A stretch of 64,000 bases of DNA from Methanosarcinales archaeon (GCA_026016205.1 CP061209.1:634330-698329); one strand, 5' to 3'; counted from the first letter of the stretch, positions 10,038 to 20,670 are shown. Notes: generated by a model from the sequence alone, not told the origin. Translations and numbers: made by a program.

Positions 10038-10111
10038 TGGGCCCGGCCGGATTCGAACCGGCGATCTCCGCCATGTGAAGGCGACGTCATAACCAACTAG
10101 ACCACGGGCCC
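10038..10111 (-). tRNA. tRNA-Val(CAC)
   Basis: Reverse complement GGGCCCGTGGTCTAGTTGGTTATGACGTCGCCTTCACATGGCGGAGATCGCCGGTTCGAATCCGGCCGGGCCCA folds as a cloverleaf with anticodon loop TTCACAT and T-loop TTCGAAT. Confidence 0.9.
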
Positions 10112-10119
10112 GCGGCCAA

Positions 10120-10204
10120 CGTCGAGGGAGGGATTTGAACCCTCGAGTCCCTAAGGGACACAGGTTTAGCAAACCTGCGCCATACCGGGCTAGGCGACCT
10201 CGAC
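10120..10204 (-). tRNA. tRNA-Ser(GCU), class II with a long variable arm
   Basis: Reverse complement GTCGAGG..CAGGT TTGCTAA ACCTG TGTCCCTTAGGGACT CGAGGGTTCAAATCCCTC CCTCGAC G. Confidence 0.9.
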
Positions 10205-10267
10205 TAAAGAGTATATCCCGTTTAGATATTTGTGTATTGCTACTTATAGAGGTTGTTCTAATTGTGT

Positions 10268-10577
10268 GGCAGGCAGGCTATCGGTCGTCGTTCCCATCAT
10301 ACCCCAGCAACCCGAGACCCATCCTCTGCCTCGCAACCCTGTGAGCGCCGGTCATTCACGGTAAGTCTGCTCCCTTCCGGACCTAAACCAGTACCCGTGA
10401 CCAAGATTAAAGACAAACCCTTCGGTTAGCCCTCAACCAAAGCCGACCCAACAGGACGGGGCATCATAGTAGGTTCTTGGACTGAATCACAATGGAAACG
10501 TCTTCCTCAAGCTTCGCCCCTCGCATATCGACGATTTCGAGTTACAGGCGACGCCGAATCGCCCAGGCTAGCCCGCC
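10268..10577 (-). ncRNA. Archaeal signal recognition particle RNA (7S/SRP RNA), ~310 nt
   Basis: The reverse strand starts GGCGGGCTAGCCTGGGCGATTCGGCGTCGCCTGTAAC (Alu-domain-like). It contains the helix-8 signature AGGTCCGGAAGGGAGCAGAC followed by GGCGCTCAC. The 3' end pairs back to the 5' end. No credible ORF. Ends are approximate. Confidence 0.75.
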
Positions 10578-10640
10578 AGTTTAAAACATAAATGCTAAGA
10601 AGCAATAAACTTATCGCAGTATACGCGATATGGAATCAAC

Positions 10641-10883
10641 ATGACAGAAGAACTGGTCGGCTACGTTTCCGGAAATAGAAAAAGGGAGCAAATCATACAG
10701 GCACTTTCAAATAGCCCCCTTGAAGCAGACAAAATCGCCAGGATATCGCGCATACCTGAGCGGCTTGTCGTGAGAATTTTAGAGGATTTGAAGAAGAAGG
10801 GGTTGATCAGGGTCGACGAAAAAGTATATGCGCTGACCGAAACCGGCGTTGATGTAGAGAACAAAATCAGGAGTTTGCGCTAA
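10641..10883 (+). CDS. Small winged-helix DNA-binding protein
   Basis: 80 aa; the pattern EADKIARISRIPERLVVRILEDLKKKGLI is typical of wHTH regulators. Confidence 0.6.
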   Translation: MTEELVGYVSGNRKREQIIQALSNSPLEADKIARISRIPERLVVRILEDLKKKGLIRVDEKVYALTETGVDVENKIRSLR

Positions 10884-10957
10884 GGGGCTGTAGGGTAGCC
10901 TGGTTATCCTAGGGGACTGGGGGTCCTCTGACTGGAGTTCAAATCTCCGCAGCCCCA
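10884..10957 (+). tRNA. tRNA-Pro(GGG)
   Basis: GGGGCTG TA GGGT AGCCTGGTT ATCC T A GGGGA CTGGGGG TCCTC TGAC TGGAG TTCAAAT CTCCG CAGCCCC A. It starts immediately after the stop codon of the preceding gene. Confidence 0.85.
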
Positions 10958-11033
10958 CTGATGCCATAATTACGTTTAATGTCGATGTGTAATTCGTTAA
11001 ATTTATAACCTATCCCCGCATCTAGGCACTCTA

Positions 11034-11750
11034 ATGAATGAAAATGTCGCCGACGTTCGCAACAGGCTGGCCGAAAAGATGGCCGGGGAAATAACTCTTT
11101 CAGACAATCCCGGTGAAACGCTGAAGAAGTGGAGAAAAAACTTTGATATATCGCAAACAAATTTGTCAGATTTTTTAGATATCTCCCCTTCGGTAATCAG
11201 CGATTATGAATCAGGGCGGCGAAAATCGCCCGGAACCTTGATTGTCAGCAAAATCATAGAGGGCATTTTAGAATTAGATGCACGAAATGGTGCGAAAAAA
11301 ATCAGGTCCTATCAAAACATCCTGCGCAGCGAATTTAACGTTGATATTATCTATGACATCCACGAATATGCCACGCCCGTAAGACTTGACAATTTCGCTG
11401 AATTAATTCAAGCGGAAAAAATTACGGGAGATTTTAATAAAACGATTAACGGGCATACTATGATAGATGGTCCAAGAGCGATCCTGGAGTTGTCGTCAAA
11501 CGAATTCTTTAGGCTTTATGGATGGAGCACTGAAAGGGCATTAGTCTTCACAAATGTATCGACCGGCAAATCCCCCTTGGTTGCAATCAGGGTCACAAAC
11601 CTTAGACCTGGCGTTGTAGTCTTGCACGGATTGAAAATGCCAGAAGTGGATCCGATCGCCATAAAGATTGCAGAAATAGAGGGATTGCCATTAATGATAA
11701 CACACCTTGCCAAGAACGAGCTAATCGATGTTCTAAGGAATTTGAAATAG
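11034..11750 (+). CDS. XRE-family HTH transcriptional regulator with an uncharacterised C-terminal domain
   Basis: N-terminal [37 protein letters not shown]; it ends 10 nt before the HMG-CoA synthase gene. Confidence 0.7.
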   Translation: MNENVADVRNRLAEKMAGEITLSDNPGETLKKWRKNFDISQTNLSDFLDISPSVISDYESGRRKSPGTLIVSKIIEGILELDARNGAKKIRSYQNILRSEFNVDIIYDIHEYATPVRLDNFAELIQAEKITGDFNKTINGHTMIDGPRAILELSSNEFFRLYGWSTERALVFTNVSTGKSPLVAIRVTNLRPGVVVLHGLKMPEVDPIAIKIAEIEGLPLMITHLAKNELIDVLRNLK

Positions 11751-11760
11751 AGGGGGTAAA

Positions 11761-12798
11761 ATGATCGGAATCACAAGTTATGGGGCATACATTCCGTGCT
11801 ACAGAATCAAGGTTGAGGAGATTGCGAGAGTATGGGGAGACAATCCGGAGCATATCAAAAAAGGACTCCTAATATGCGAGAAATCAGTACCTGACCTTGA
11901 CGAAGATGCTGCTACGATTGCAGTAGAGGCTGCGAGAAATGCTATCCGCAGACGCGATATCGACCCCAAGGAGATAGGTGCGGTTTATATTGGATCAGAG
12001 AGCCACCCCTATGCTGTAAAGCCCACTGCCACGATAGTCGCAGAGGCGATTGGAGCAACACCAGACCTGACCGCTGCAGACTTCGAGTTTGCCTGTAAAG
12101 CTGGCACTGCTGCGATTCAAGCCTGTATGGGTGAAGTGACGATGGGGATGATCAAGTACGGCATGGCAATAGGTGCTGACGTCTCACAGGGCGCACCGGG
12201 TGATGCGCTGGAATACACAGCAGCTGCAGGAGGTGCGGCGTATATTATCGGAAAAAAGAATCTCATCGCTGAGATAGAAGATACGTTCTCTTTTACCACA
12301 GATACGCCTGATTTCTGGCGCCGCGAAGGGGAGAGTTATCCCATGCACGGCGGGAGGTTTACCGGCGAGCCGGCATATTTTAAGCATATAATGTCTGCAA
12401 CAAAGAGTCTAATGAAAAAGGTCGGTACCAAGCCCGGCGATTACGATTATGTAGTATTTCATCAGCCAAATGGCAAGTTTCCGCTGCGCATGGCAAAGAT
12501 GTTGGGATTTGTAGAAGAGCAAATCAAGCCTGGACTGGTTGTATCAAAACTGGGCAACACATACTCAGGTTCATCCCTGATAGGACTGGCAGCAGTTCTG
12601 GATCAGGCTAAACCAGGATCAAGGATATTGATGACGTCGTTCGGCTCGGGTGCAGGCAGCGATGCGTTTAGTATGACAGTCACCGACGGAATCGAAGAGA
12701 CTCGGGGGAAGGCGCCAACCATTGCAGAACTATTGAAAAGTCCCAAATACATAGACTATGCATTGTACGCAAAGCATAAAGGCAAGATTGTGGTGTGA
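11761..12798 (+). CDS. hmgB: Hydroxymethylglutaryl-CoA synthase (archaeal)
   Basis: 345 aa; [15 protein letters not shown], catalytic-Cys context [18 protein letters not shown] and GNTYSGSS. Confidence 0.9.
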   Translation: MIGITSYGAYIPCYRIKVEEIARVWGDNPEHIKKGLLICEKSVPDLDEDAATIAVEAARNAIRRRDIDPKEIGAVYIGSESHPYAVKPTATIVAEAIGATPDLTAADFEFACKAGTAAIQACMGEVTMGMIKYGMAIGADVSQGAPGDALEYTAAAGGAAYIIGKKNLIAEIEDTFSFTTDTPDFWRREGESYPMHGGRFTGEPAYFKHIMSATKSLMKKVGTKPGDYDYVVFHQPNGKFPLRMAKMLGFVEEQIKPGLVVSKLGNTYSGSSLIGLAAVLDQAKPGSRILMTSFGSGAGSDAFSMTVTDGIEETRGKAPTIAELLKSPKYIDYALYAKHKGKIVV

Positions 12799-13976
12799 AC
12801 ATGAGAGATGTAGCGATAATCGGCGTTGGTTGCACAAAGTTCGGCGAGATGTGGGAGCGGTCATTTAGAGACTTGTTCGTCGAGGCCGGTTTGAATGCCC
12901 TGGAAGATGCTGGCACCAGAGGGGAAGATATTGAAGCCTTATATGTCGGGAATATGAGCGCTGGTAAGTTCATTGACCAGGAGCACATCGGTGCTCTGAT
13001 AGCAGATTACGCTGGACTGGCTGGCTCCTTACACATACCATCCACGAGAGTGGAGGCGGCATGCGCCTCAGGAGGCTTGGCGTTGCGAGATGGTGTGATG
13101 GCCGTAGCATCTGGACTACACGACATCGTGATTGCAGCCGGTGTGGAAAAAATGACCGACGTTGAAACAGGGGTAACGATAGATGCACTGGCTTCAGCCG
13201 CTGACAGGGAATGGGAAGGTTTCATGGGTGCAACGTTCCCTGGACTGTATGCCATGATGGCGCGCCTGCACATGCATAAATACGGAACTACGCGAGAGCA
13301 ACTGGCAACGGTGGCTGTGAAAAATCACCATAATGCAACAATGAACCCCAAGGCACAGTACAGGAAAGAAATTACAATTGATGATGTTATAAATTCTCCC
13401 TTGGTAGCGGATCCACTCAGGGTTTACGACTGCTCTCCGATTACAGATGGCGCAGCAGCAGTAGTGCTTGCACCGGCAGAATTGGCTCGAAAATTAAATG
13501 ATACGCCAATATATGTGCGCGCATCAGCGCAGGCGAGCGATACCATTACCCTACATGACAGACGGGATATTACAACCTTAGATGCCACAGTGTATGCCGC
13601 CAAGCGAGCATATGAGATGGCTGGCATCTCGCCAAAGGATGTTGATGTCGCAGAGGTGCACGATTGCTTCACCATTGCCGAGATATGCGCCATAGAGGAC
13701 CTGGGATTTGTGCAGAAGGGGGATGGCGGCCCTGCCACTGAAGAGGGCATAACTGCACTGGATGGGGAGATTCCGATAAATCCCTCCGGCGGTTTAAAAG
13801 CATGTGGGCACCCAGTTGGCGCAACTGGAATAAAACAAGCTATTGAAATTGCGGAACAGCTCAGGGGCGATGTAAGGGAGCGGCAAGTAAATGGAGCAGA
13901 GATCGGTTTAACTCACAACGTTGGAGGGACCGGAGGGACAGCGGTAGTCCATATATTGAGCGTTAACAAGAGGTAG
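12795..13976 (+). CDS. Acetyl-CoA C-acetyltransferase (archaeal thiolase)
   Basis: VEAACASGG active-site Cys, EVHDCFT, and [17 protein letters not shown] near the C-terminus; 4-nt overlap with hmgB. Confidence 0.9.
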   Translation: MNMRDVAIIGVGCTKFGEMWERSFRDLFVEAGLNALEDAGTRGEDIEALYVGNMSAGKFIDQEHIGALIADYAGLAGSLHIPSTRVEAACASGGLALRDGVMAVASGLHDIVIAAGVEKMTDVETGVTIDALASAADREWEGFMGATFPGLYAMMARLHMHKYGTTREQLATVAVKNHHNATMNPKAQYRKEITIDDVINSPLVADPLRVYDCSPITDGAAAVVLAPAELARKLNDTPIYVRASAQASDTITLHDRRDITTLDATVYAAKRAYEMAGISPKDVDVAEVHDCFTIAEICAIEDLGFVQKGDGGPATEEGITALDGEIPINPSGGLKACGHPVGATGIKQAIEIAEQLRGDVRERQVNGAEIGLTHNVGGTGGTAVVHILSVNKR

Positions 13977-13977
13977 C

Positions 13978-14382
13978 ATGGCAGTAGCAAGATTATGGAG
14001 ACATATTCCGGCAAGATATAACCTAATTGGAACAGAGTGCCAAATCTGTGGCGGACTCTATTTCCCGCCAAGAACAACATGCCCAACGTGTAGAAGAGAT
14101 GGCAAAATCATAGAGCGCAAGTTCAAGGGAACCGGAGAAGTTGTCACATATACGATAATTTACTCGGCGTCAAGTACATTTCGCAGGCAGACTCCCTACG
14201 TTCTTGCCATAATCAGGTTAGATGAAGGTCCACAGCTGACTGGACAGATAGTCTGCAATCCAGATGAGACTAAAATTGGCATGAAGGTGCGACCGATTTT
14301 CAGAAAACTAGGCGAAGATGGATCTAGCGGCATCATTTATTATGGCACAAAATTTACGCCCTTAAGAGAGGCATCCAAATGA
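13978..14382 (+). CDS. DUF35 Zn-ribbon/OB-fold protein (scaffold of the thiolase/HMGCS complex)
   Basis: [20 protein letters not shown] zinc ribbon followed by an OB-fold-like segment. Its position after the thiolase and HMGCS genes matches the conserved archaeal triad. Confidence 0.85.
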   Translation: MAVARLWRHIPARYNLIGTECQICGGLYFPPRTTCPTCRRDGKIIERKFKGTGEVVTYTIIYSASSTFRRQTPYVLAIIRLDEGPQLTGQIVCNPDETKIGMKVRPIFRKLGEDGSSGIIYYGTKFTPLREASK

Positions 14383-15650
14383 GCACATCAAGAATTCCCG
14401 GATTTTACAAATTAGATGTACAAGAGCGGTTAAGCGTGGTGAAAAAACTCACACACCTGGATGAGGCATCTATTGACAGCATCAGTAAAACTGGAGCACT
14501 GAGCGTAGACCAGGTAGACAAGATGGTTGAAAATGCAATAGGCATCATGGAAGTGCCTTTGGGTATTGCCACCAATTTCCTGGTTAACGGAAAGGATTAC
14601 CTCATCCCCATGGCAACAGAGGAGCCGTCGGTCATCGCAGCAGCCAGCAACGCTGCCAAAATAGCAAGAGAGAAGGGTGGTTTTTCTGCCAGCACTACAG
14701 AGCCGATAATGATAGGGCAAATCCAGATGATGTGCGAGACGCCAGAAGAGGCGAAGAGTGCCATTCTGGGTGCAAAAGAGGAGATTTTGGCATTGGCCAA
14801 CGAGCAGAATCCCGTTTTGGTGAAGTTTGGCGGTGGAGCAAAGGATATAGAGGCAAGGATTATTGAAACTCCTGCTGGCAAGATGGTGGTCACGCATTTG
14901 ATGGTCGACTGTAGGGATGCAATGGGCGCCAATGCAGTCAACACGATGTGCGAGGTGGTAGCGCCTTTAATCGAAAAGCTGACCACTGGTAAAGTATACC
15001 TCAGGATAATTTCAAATCTCGCGGTCAAACGATTGGCAAGAGCAAAGGCGACTTTCTTCAAAGAGGCGTTAGGTGGAGAGGGTGTCGTAGATGGCATTAT
15101 TATAGCACAAAGATTCGCAGAGTCGGATGCGTACAGGGCAGCGACCCATAACAAAGGGATAATGAACGGCATCTCTGCAGTGGCGCTGGCGACCGGGAAT
15201 GACACCAGGGCAGTAGAGGCGGGTGCACATGCATATGCGTCCTTTTCCGGCAGATACAGACCTCTGACGACCTACGAGAAAAATGAGGATGGCGATTTAG
15301 TCGGCGCCATTGAACTGCCCATCGCTGTCGGTACTGTTGGTGGCGCCACAAAGGTGCATCCCACCGCAATGGCCAATATGAAAATTTTAGGAGTGAAAAC
15401 TGCCTCTGAGCTGGCACAGGTAATAGCATCAGTCGGCTTGGCTCAAAACCTTGCTGCGTTGAGAGCACTTTCCACGGAGGGCATACAGAGAGGACATATG
15501 TCCCTTCATGCGAGAAACATAGCAGTCGTGGCAGGCGCAACCGGGGATTTAGTCGAGGAAGTTGCGAGAATTATGACAGAGGAAGGGAAAATACGAGTAG
15601 AAAGAGCTAAGGAGATTCTTAATGGACTCTCCAAAAAGGGACAAAAATGA
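14379..15650 (+). CDS. hmgA: HMG-CoA reductase, class II (bacterial type)
   Basis: [52 protein letters not shown] and [15 protein letters not shown]. These are class II signatures as in the Pseudomonas mevalonii enzyme. Confidence 0.9.
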   Translation: MSTSRIPGFYKLDVQERLSVVKKLTHLDEASIDSISKTGALSVDQVDKMVENAIGIMEVPLGIATNFLVNGKDYLIPMATEEPSVIAAASNAAKIAREKGGFSASTTEPIMIGQIQMMCETPEEAKSAILGAKEEILALANEQNPVLVKFGGGAKDIEARIIETPAGKMVVTHLMVDCRDAMGANAVNTMCEVVAPLIEKLTTGKVYLRIISNLAVKRLARAKATFFKEALGGEGVVDGIIIAQRFAESDAYRAATHNKGIMNGISAVALATGNDTRAVEAGAHAYASFSGRYRPLTTYEKNEDGDLVGAIELPIAVGTVGGATKVHPTAMANMKILGVKTASELAQVIASVGLAQNLAALRALSTEGIQRGHMSLHARNIAVVAGATGDLVEEVARIMTEEGKIRVERAKEILNGLSKKGQK

Positions 15651-16438
15651 GGGACAAAATCACTGTTCCAGATATAATTGACATGAAGAAGTCTGGAAAG
15701 AAAATTACGATGCTCACCGCCTACGACTCGCTTTTGGCAAGCATTCTGGACGAGGCAGGAGTTCATATCCTGCTGGTGGGCGATTCACTGGGCAATGTAG
15801 TTCTGGGATACGAGAATCCCATTCCGGTGACGATAGAGGATGTCGTTCATCACGTACGAGCGGTATCCAGGGGTACGAAGAATTCGCTAGTAGTGGGAGA
15901 CATGCCCTTTGGCACATATTTCACCGTAGAAGATGCATTGAGAAATGCCGGAAGGTTGATTCAGGCAGGAGTAGAAGCCGTCAAACTCGAAGGTGGCACA
16001 GTAGTTAAAGACCAGATTGTGGGGCTGATGGAAATGGGCATACCAGTCATGGGACATGTTGGGTTAACACCGCAGTCCATGCATAAAATGGGCGGCTATA
16101 AAGTCCAAGGTAGGACACCCGAAACGGCAAAAAAGATATTGAACGATGCGAAGGCGGTTGAAAGGGCAGGAGCATTCGCAGTTGTGTTAGAAGGAATGCC
16201 ATCAGACCTCGCGAGCAAGATAACAGACGAATTAAAAATCCCGACGATTGGGATAGGCGCAGGACCCCACTGCGATGGACAAGTCCTGGTGACACATGAC
16301 GCTCTGGGCTTTTATGAAAAGACGCCCAAATTTGTGAAGAAGTATGCAAGTCTCAGGGAATTGATATTGAGCGCAGCAAAAATGTACAAAAAGGAAGTCG
16401 AAGAAGGTAGGTTTCCAACCGAAGAGTACAGTTATTAA
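15647..16438 (+). CDS. panB: 3-methyl-2-oxobutanoate hydroxymethyltransferase (ketopantoate hydroxymethyltransferase)
   Basis: [39 protein letters not shown] and GHVGLTPQS; 4-nt overlap with hmgA. Confidence 0.9.
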   Translation: MRDKITVPDIIDMKKSGKKITMLTAYDSLLASILDEAGVHILLVGDSLGNVVLGYENPIPVTIEDVVHHVRAVSRGTKNSLVVGDMPFGTYFTVEDALRNAGRLIQAGVEAVKLEGGTVVKDQIVGLMEMGIPVMGHVGLTPQSMHKMGGYKVQGRTPETAKKILNDAKAVERAGAFAVVLEGMPSDLASKITDELKIPTIGIGAGPHCDGQVLVTHDALGFYEKTPKFVKKYASLRELILSAAKMYKKEVEEGRFPTEEYSY

Positions 16439-16440
16439 AG

Positions 16441-16485
16441 TTAGAGCGGGTACTCCACGATATTTTCGGAGATTGTGCGCTCGCC
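16441..16485 (-). pseudogene. Degenerate duplicate of the pyrI 3' end (last 14 codons plus stop)
   Basis: The reverse strand reads GERTISENIVEYPL*, compared with [14 protein letters not shown] at the real pyrI end (17789-17833). That is 36/45 nt identical, in the same frame, with the stop codon aligned. Confidence 0.6.
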
Positions 16486-17788
16486 TAACACAGTATAAAA
16501 GGTTCGCCCTACGGGCTCACCCAAATTTTTGCTTCGCAAAAACTTCTTTTATCCACAACGTTAGAAGAAAAATCATGCCTTACTCTGAGACCTCCGCTTG
16601 TGCACATTATTATGATGGTCGTAACAGTAGATTACCAGCCAGTAGATTCCTACCATCTTTACTACATTTGATCCTGTTACTATTTTCCATCTGGGTGACC
16701 ACGAATTATTTATCTCTTCTTTTTGTGGGCGCCTTTTTCAGCGTCTTTTTGTATTGTTTAATCAAAAACTTTACTGTTTGTTTTAAATCTTGATTTTTTG
16801 AGTATTTCTGCAAAGTCGCATAATACTCTTCTCTATCTTGTATTGAAATATTTATTGGAGGATATTTATTCTTAATAAGAATAAAATTCAATAACAATCT
16901 TCCTACCCTTCCATTACCGTCTTGGAATGGATGTATGTATTCAAATTGGTTGTGGATTATTGCCGATAAAACCAGAGGCTTAAACTTGCTTTTATTTTCT
17001 TTATGCCAATCAACCAAATCTTTTAATGCATCCATTAATTCATTAGCAAGAACACCTGCATGTATGACTTCTCCTTTTGAACTTTTTATAACAACTTCCA
17101 GAGTTCTAAATTCTCCTGCAAAATCTTTTGAGCCTTCAAAACATAGTTTATGGATCTTTTTTATTAATCCTAAAGACAAATCCTCTTTTGTTTTTTTGAT
17201 ATATTCAACAGCTTTTGCCACGCCTTTTGTTTCCAGTTCCTCTGCATTTGTTGCTTGTTTTTTGCGAAGAATTTCAGGGACTTCGTCTTCTGCAACTGTT
17301 GAACCTTCTATCGCGTTTGTGTTATAAACAAATTCTTCTGTGAATCTTTGCCAGTCTTTCTGGTCAAGATGAATTATTTTTAGTTTCTTATCATACTTGT
17401 TAAGTGCTTCAACTTGTTTTTTAGTTAAACTGAACAAAAACACTCGTGTATTTAATTCCTCTAACACTTCAAGAATACTTTTTTCTGCTTTTTTCTTTGC
17501 CGTCTCCAATCCGTCCCTGCTCAAATCTTTGCCCAGATAACGCCTTATTTTTTTTACCTTGTCTTGATCCCTGTAAGAATGAACAAGATAGTATTTTATC
17601 CCATACTTCGTTTTTCTTTTTTCAACATACATATTATCACAATAGGTGCCCACATTTATGAAACTTTCCTATCTTGTGGTCACCTCAGCTATTCAGAGGA
17701 GACTTATGTTCCTGAACATAATTTTGGAAGAGCAGCTTTAAGAAGTCCACAGATGGATTCTTGCAGGCACCGGGAGTTAAAGGTGACT
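16486..17788. mobile_element. AT-rich ~1.3-kb islet (possible remnant of an integrated element) carrying a Fic gene
   Basis: Visibly lower GC than the flanks. It is bracketed by the imperfect direct repeat formed by the pyrI 3' end and its remnant. No integrase or transposase is present. Confidence 0.4.
16706..17653 (-). CDS. Fic/DOC family protein (probable AMP-transferase), class II with an N-terminal inhibitory motif
   Basis: Fic motif HPFQDGNGRVGRLL and inhibitory-helix motif TNAIEG (S/T-x-x-x-E-G/N) upstream. An alternative start MYVEKRK lies at 17632. Confidence 0.85.
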   Translation of the reverse strand: MGTYCDNMYVEKRKTKYGIKYYLVHSYRDQDKVKKIRRYLGKDLSRDGLETAKKKAEKSILEVLEELNTRVFLFSLTKKQVEALNKYDKKLKIIHLDQKDWQRFTEEFVYNTNAIEGSTVAEDEVPEILRKKQATNAEELETKGVAKAVEYIKKTKEDLSLGLIKKIHKLCFEGSKDFAGEFRTLEVVIKSSKGEVIHAGVLANELMDALKDLVDWHKENKSKFKPLVLSAIIHNQFEYIHPFQDGNGRVGRLLLNFILIKNKYPPINISIQDREEYYATLQKYSKNQDLKQTVKFLIKQYKKTLKKAPTKRRDK

Positions 17789-18253
17789 TCACAACAGGTG
17801 CTCCGCGATGTTTTCGGAGATTATGCGCTCGCAGTAAACACACCTCAAGCACACGCTCTTTCCATGCTTGCTGATGATGAACCTGGATGCTACTGGCTCA
17901 TTTGTGTTTGATATGCAGTTCGGGTTGGCACACCTCACCAGGCCCTCGATTACGCTTGGCAGCGCTACTTTGTGCTTCTCCTTCACTTTGTATTCGCGAA
18001 CAATGTTAATTGTGGCAGACGGAGCAATGAGCGCAATCTTATCTACTTCATGAGGCGCCAGCTCCCTGCCCTCTACCTTGACGATGTCCTTTGTTCCCAT
18101 TGCCTGACTGGGCACGTTCGTGACCGCGCTTATCACCGCATCTGTTTGCCCAATAATGCCAAGAATTTTAAGAACGTTAAGCGCCTGCCCAGCTGCGATG
18201 TGGTCAATAACCGTTCCGTTCTTAATTGGCCTAACACGCAGCTCCTTCTTCAT
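17789..18253 (-). CDS. pyrI: Aspartate carbamoyltransferase regulatory subunit
   Basis: 154 aa; [15 protein letters not shown] and C-terminal Zn-domain cysteines (CANPNC, CLRCVYC); 4-nt overlap with pyrB. Confidence 0.9.
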   Translation of the reverse strand: MKKELRVRPIKNGTVIDHIAAGQALNVLKILGIIGQTDAVISAVTNVPSQAMGTKDIVKVEGRELAPHEVDKIALIAPSATINIVREYKVKEKHKVALPSVIEGLVRCANPNCISNTNEPVASRFIISKHGKSVCLRCVYCERIISENIAEHLL

Positions 18254-19167
18254 CTCGCCCCCAACACGAGGGACATGACCGCCATCCTCACGGGCACACC
18301 ATAGAAGGCCTGCTGGAAATATCTTGCATGCTTCGTCGCATCCACATCTGCATCTATCTCGTTTACTCTGGGAAGAGGATGCATGATAATCATGTCATCC
18401 CTAGCGTCTTTTAGCAACTCTGCCGAGATGCGGTAGGTCCCAGCAACCTTCTGATACTCGCTTGGGTCTGGAAACCGCTCTTTTTGAATTCTGGTCATAT
18501 AGAGCACATCTGCATTAGGGATTACGTCTTCCAGTTTAGTGGCCTCAGACACGTCGACTCCTCTCTTCCTCAAATCGCCCTTGATTTCGTCTGGCATCTT
18601 TAACTGCTCAGGGGATACCAAGGAGATCTTAGCGCCGTATAACGATAATGCATAAGCAAGGGAGTGAACGGTTCTGCCATACTTAAGGTCACCAATCAGT
18701 GCGATGTCTAAATTTTCAAGATGGCTCTCTCGCTTGATTGTGTACAAATCCAGCAAGGTCTGCGTAGGATGATGGCCTGCTCCGTCACCAGCGTTTATGA
18801 CCGGGATATTTGATATCTCTGCAGCCATCCTTGCCGAGCCTTCTTTGGAATGCCTGAGCACGATGGCATCCGCGTATTCGCTCACTACTCTAATCGTATC
18901 AGCGAGTGTTTCACCTTTGGAGGCGGAGCTGGTCTCGGTAGAAATCATGTTGACCGTCTCGCCGCCCAGGCGCTTCATCGCAGTTTCAAAAGATAGTCTG
19001 GTGCGCGTACTCGATTCGTAAAACAACAGTGCCAAAATCTTTCCAGCCAACAAATCAGACTTTTTACCTTTGGCAAAAGACTCAAGTTCTTCGGCTTTTT
19101 TAAGAATAGCGTCAATCTCCGCCCTGGAGAAATCTCTCATCGAGATGATGTGCTTTTTAGTGAACAT
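18250..19167 (-). CDS. pyrB: Aspartate carbamoyltransferase catalytic subunit
   Basis: [15 protein letters not shown] and HPLPRV motifs. Confidence 0.92.
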   Translation of the reverse strand: MFTKKHIISMRDFSRAEIDAILKKAEELESFAKGKKSDLLAGKILALLFYESSTRTRLSFETAMKRLGGETVNMISTETSSASKGETLADTIRVVSEYADAIVLRHSKEGSARMAAEISNIPVINAGDGAGHHPTQTLLDLYTIKRESHLENLDIALIGDLKYGRTVHSLAYALSLYGAKISLVSPEQLKMPDEIKGDLRKRGVDVSEATKLEDVIPNADVLYMTRIQKERFPDPSEYQKVAGTYRISAELLKDARDDMIIMHPLPRVNEIDADVDATKHARYFQQAFYGVPVRMAVMSLVLGAR

Positions 19168-19198
19168 CGAATTGATTATAGCGGGATTTTACTTAAAA

Positions 19199-19645
19199 TT
19201 ATTGTCGTTTGTGCATTCGTACTGCACCAAAAATAGACCTCTTAAGCGCCCCTGGTATGACCAGCACAGGGCAATCAGCACTACACATTACCTCCCCTAT
19301 TACCTCCTTTTTTTCAAAGCTGTACCAAGATGGCTTTTCACCGGCACCCACCACTACCAAGTCTGCTTTTATCCTGCCGGCCACCTCTACTATGCCTTGC
19401 GCAACGTCCTCCGTGGACTCAAAGAGAGGATTCGCCTTTACTCCCGCCTTTTCAGCGGCATCGACAAATATCTTAAGCGCTTTTTTGCCCTCTATCTCCA
19501 GTTCCTCATTCGAAACCAATGAGAAACGAGGCAATAAATGCAACACGGTCATTTTAGCATCAAAGGTTTTAACGACCTTCATTACATGGTGCACTACTGC
19601 TGAGGCGGGTTCAGGTCCTGCGGTGCATACCAATACATGCTTCAT
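19199..19645 (-). CDS. Universal stress protein (UspA family)
   Basis: 148 aa; alternating alpha/beta USP pattern, DLVVVGAGEK and CPVLVIP. Confidence 0.8.
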   Translation of the reverse strand: MKHVLVCTAGPEPASAVVHHVMKVVKTFDAKMTVLHLLPRFSLVSNEELEIEGKKALKIFVDAAEKAGVKANPLFESTEDVAQGIVEVAGRIKADLVVVGAGEKPSWYSFEKKEVIGEVMCSADCPVLVIPGALKRSIFGAVRMHKRQ

Positions 19646-19759
19646 AGGGTCACCTTAAGATAGGTAACTTGTTCGAGTATTTATTTCATTCCGTTTTAGC
19701 AAGAACAAGGCACAAAGATTATATACTAGATCAGTCCCAGTTAAATCTGGGGATGGGAG

Positions 19760-19918
19760 ATGCGGTGTATTTGGTGTGGTATAAGATATACTGAAGAGTT
19801 TGGAGATGTTGCCGCTGGTTTTTGCGGATCTGTATGTGAGCATAGGTGGTCTCAATCGTTCGAGCACCACCACATAAGTGTCACATCGGATTTCTCAGAT
19901 ATAAGAGTCAGCGGATAA
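19760..19918 (+). CDS. Candidate small zinc-ribbon protein (52 aa)
   Basis: ORF below the track cut-off: MRCIWCGIRYTEEFGDVAAGFCGSVCEHRWSQSFEHHHISVTSDFSDIRVSG, with CxxC...CxxxC. It lies in an otherwise unassigned 275-nt gap. Confidence 0.25.
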   Translation: MRCIWCGIRYTEEFGDVAAGFCGSVCEHRWSQSFEHHHISVTSDFSDIRVSG

Positions 19919-19920
19919 TA

Positions 19921-20670
19921 TCACAGCCGTGCTATCGTGATAAATCCCGTATGAGCTACACGCGTAGAGGGACGTGTACCTCTCTTAGTGAATTCTAGAT
20001 TCCTTTCAACGCACTCAAGAGTCTGCACTTCAGAAAATCCTTCTCTCTCGATGGCAACTCTTATATCCTCGGTCTGTTCAAAAAATGGCGAATATGTCGC
20101 CAGAAAACCACCGGGCTTTAGTACTTTTTTTACGTGTGGTACGACCATGGCAGCATCCTTCATATCCAACGTAATCAAATTAAAATTCTTTTTCAAGTGT
20201 GGCGCCTCAGATACGATGTCGGCGTGCCTCAGTTCGACGTTTCGCAGCCCAGCAGCCTCAATATTCTTTCGGGCAATTTTAACAAATTCCCCGTTTCTTT
20301 CATAGGTGACCACTTTTTTAGCGATATTGCCAAGGTAGATGGCGAGGATTCCCGAGCCTGTGCCAGCGTCGAGTACGTGGTCTTCTGGACACAAACCGGC
20401 ATATGCGAGTATAATTCCAATATCCTTCGGCATCATTGGCGCACCCGTCCTTTTACAGTGCCTGAAAAAATCTGGCGCCCTTGGCTTTATAATGTCATAT
20501 TCATAACCAAGATGCGTCATGAGTGTGTCTCCAAATGTTTTCTCGCGCAACTCACCTAGATCGAGGATTCCGTGGTCGGTATGAAATTTTTTATCAGAAG
20601 CCTCCACGAGATATTCGCGCTTCTTGCCTTTAAGCAGAACTAGACTCTTATCAGCTACCACAACTATCAC
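19921..20670 (-). CDS. trmI: tRNA (adenine-N1)-methyltransferase TrmI/GCD14 family
   Basis: KRTGAPMMPKDIGIIL and SAM motif VLDAGTGSGILAIYL. Confidence 0.75.
   Translation of the reverse strand: MIVVVADKSLVLLKGKKREYLVEASDKKFHTDHGILDLGELREKTFGDTLMTHLGYEYDIIKPRAPDFFRHCKRTGAPMMPKDIGIILAYAGLCPEDHVLDAGTGSGILAIYLGNIAKKVVTYERNGEFVKIARKNIEAAGLRNVELRHADIVSEAPHLKKNFNLITLDMKDAAMVVPHVKKVLKPGGFLATYSPFFEQTEDIRVAIEREGFSEVQTLECVERNLEFTKRGTRPSTRVAHTGFITIARL

Noticed and set aside
10037-10096. N-terminal 20 codons of the sppA track ORF; likewise ORFs 27521..27823, 10135..10344 and 10779..10967
   Set aside because: They read through tRNA or SRP RNA genes; for example, RRFESGRA and RRSPVRIRPGP are translations of T-arm sequences. 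They are artefacts of ORF calling over structured RNA genes.
16693-17684. 9-10-nt inverted repeat gggtgaccac (16693-16702) / gtggtcacc (17676-17684) immediately flanking the Fic ORF, as possible terminal inverted repeats
   Set aside because: It is too short and is built on a near-palindromic GGTNACC core. A chance match within ~150-nt flanks is not improbable. There is no transposase and no target-site duplication adjacent to it.
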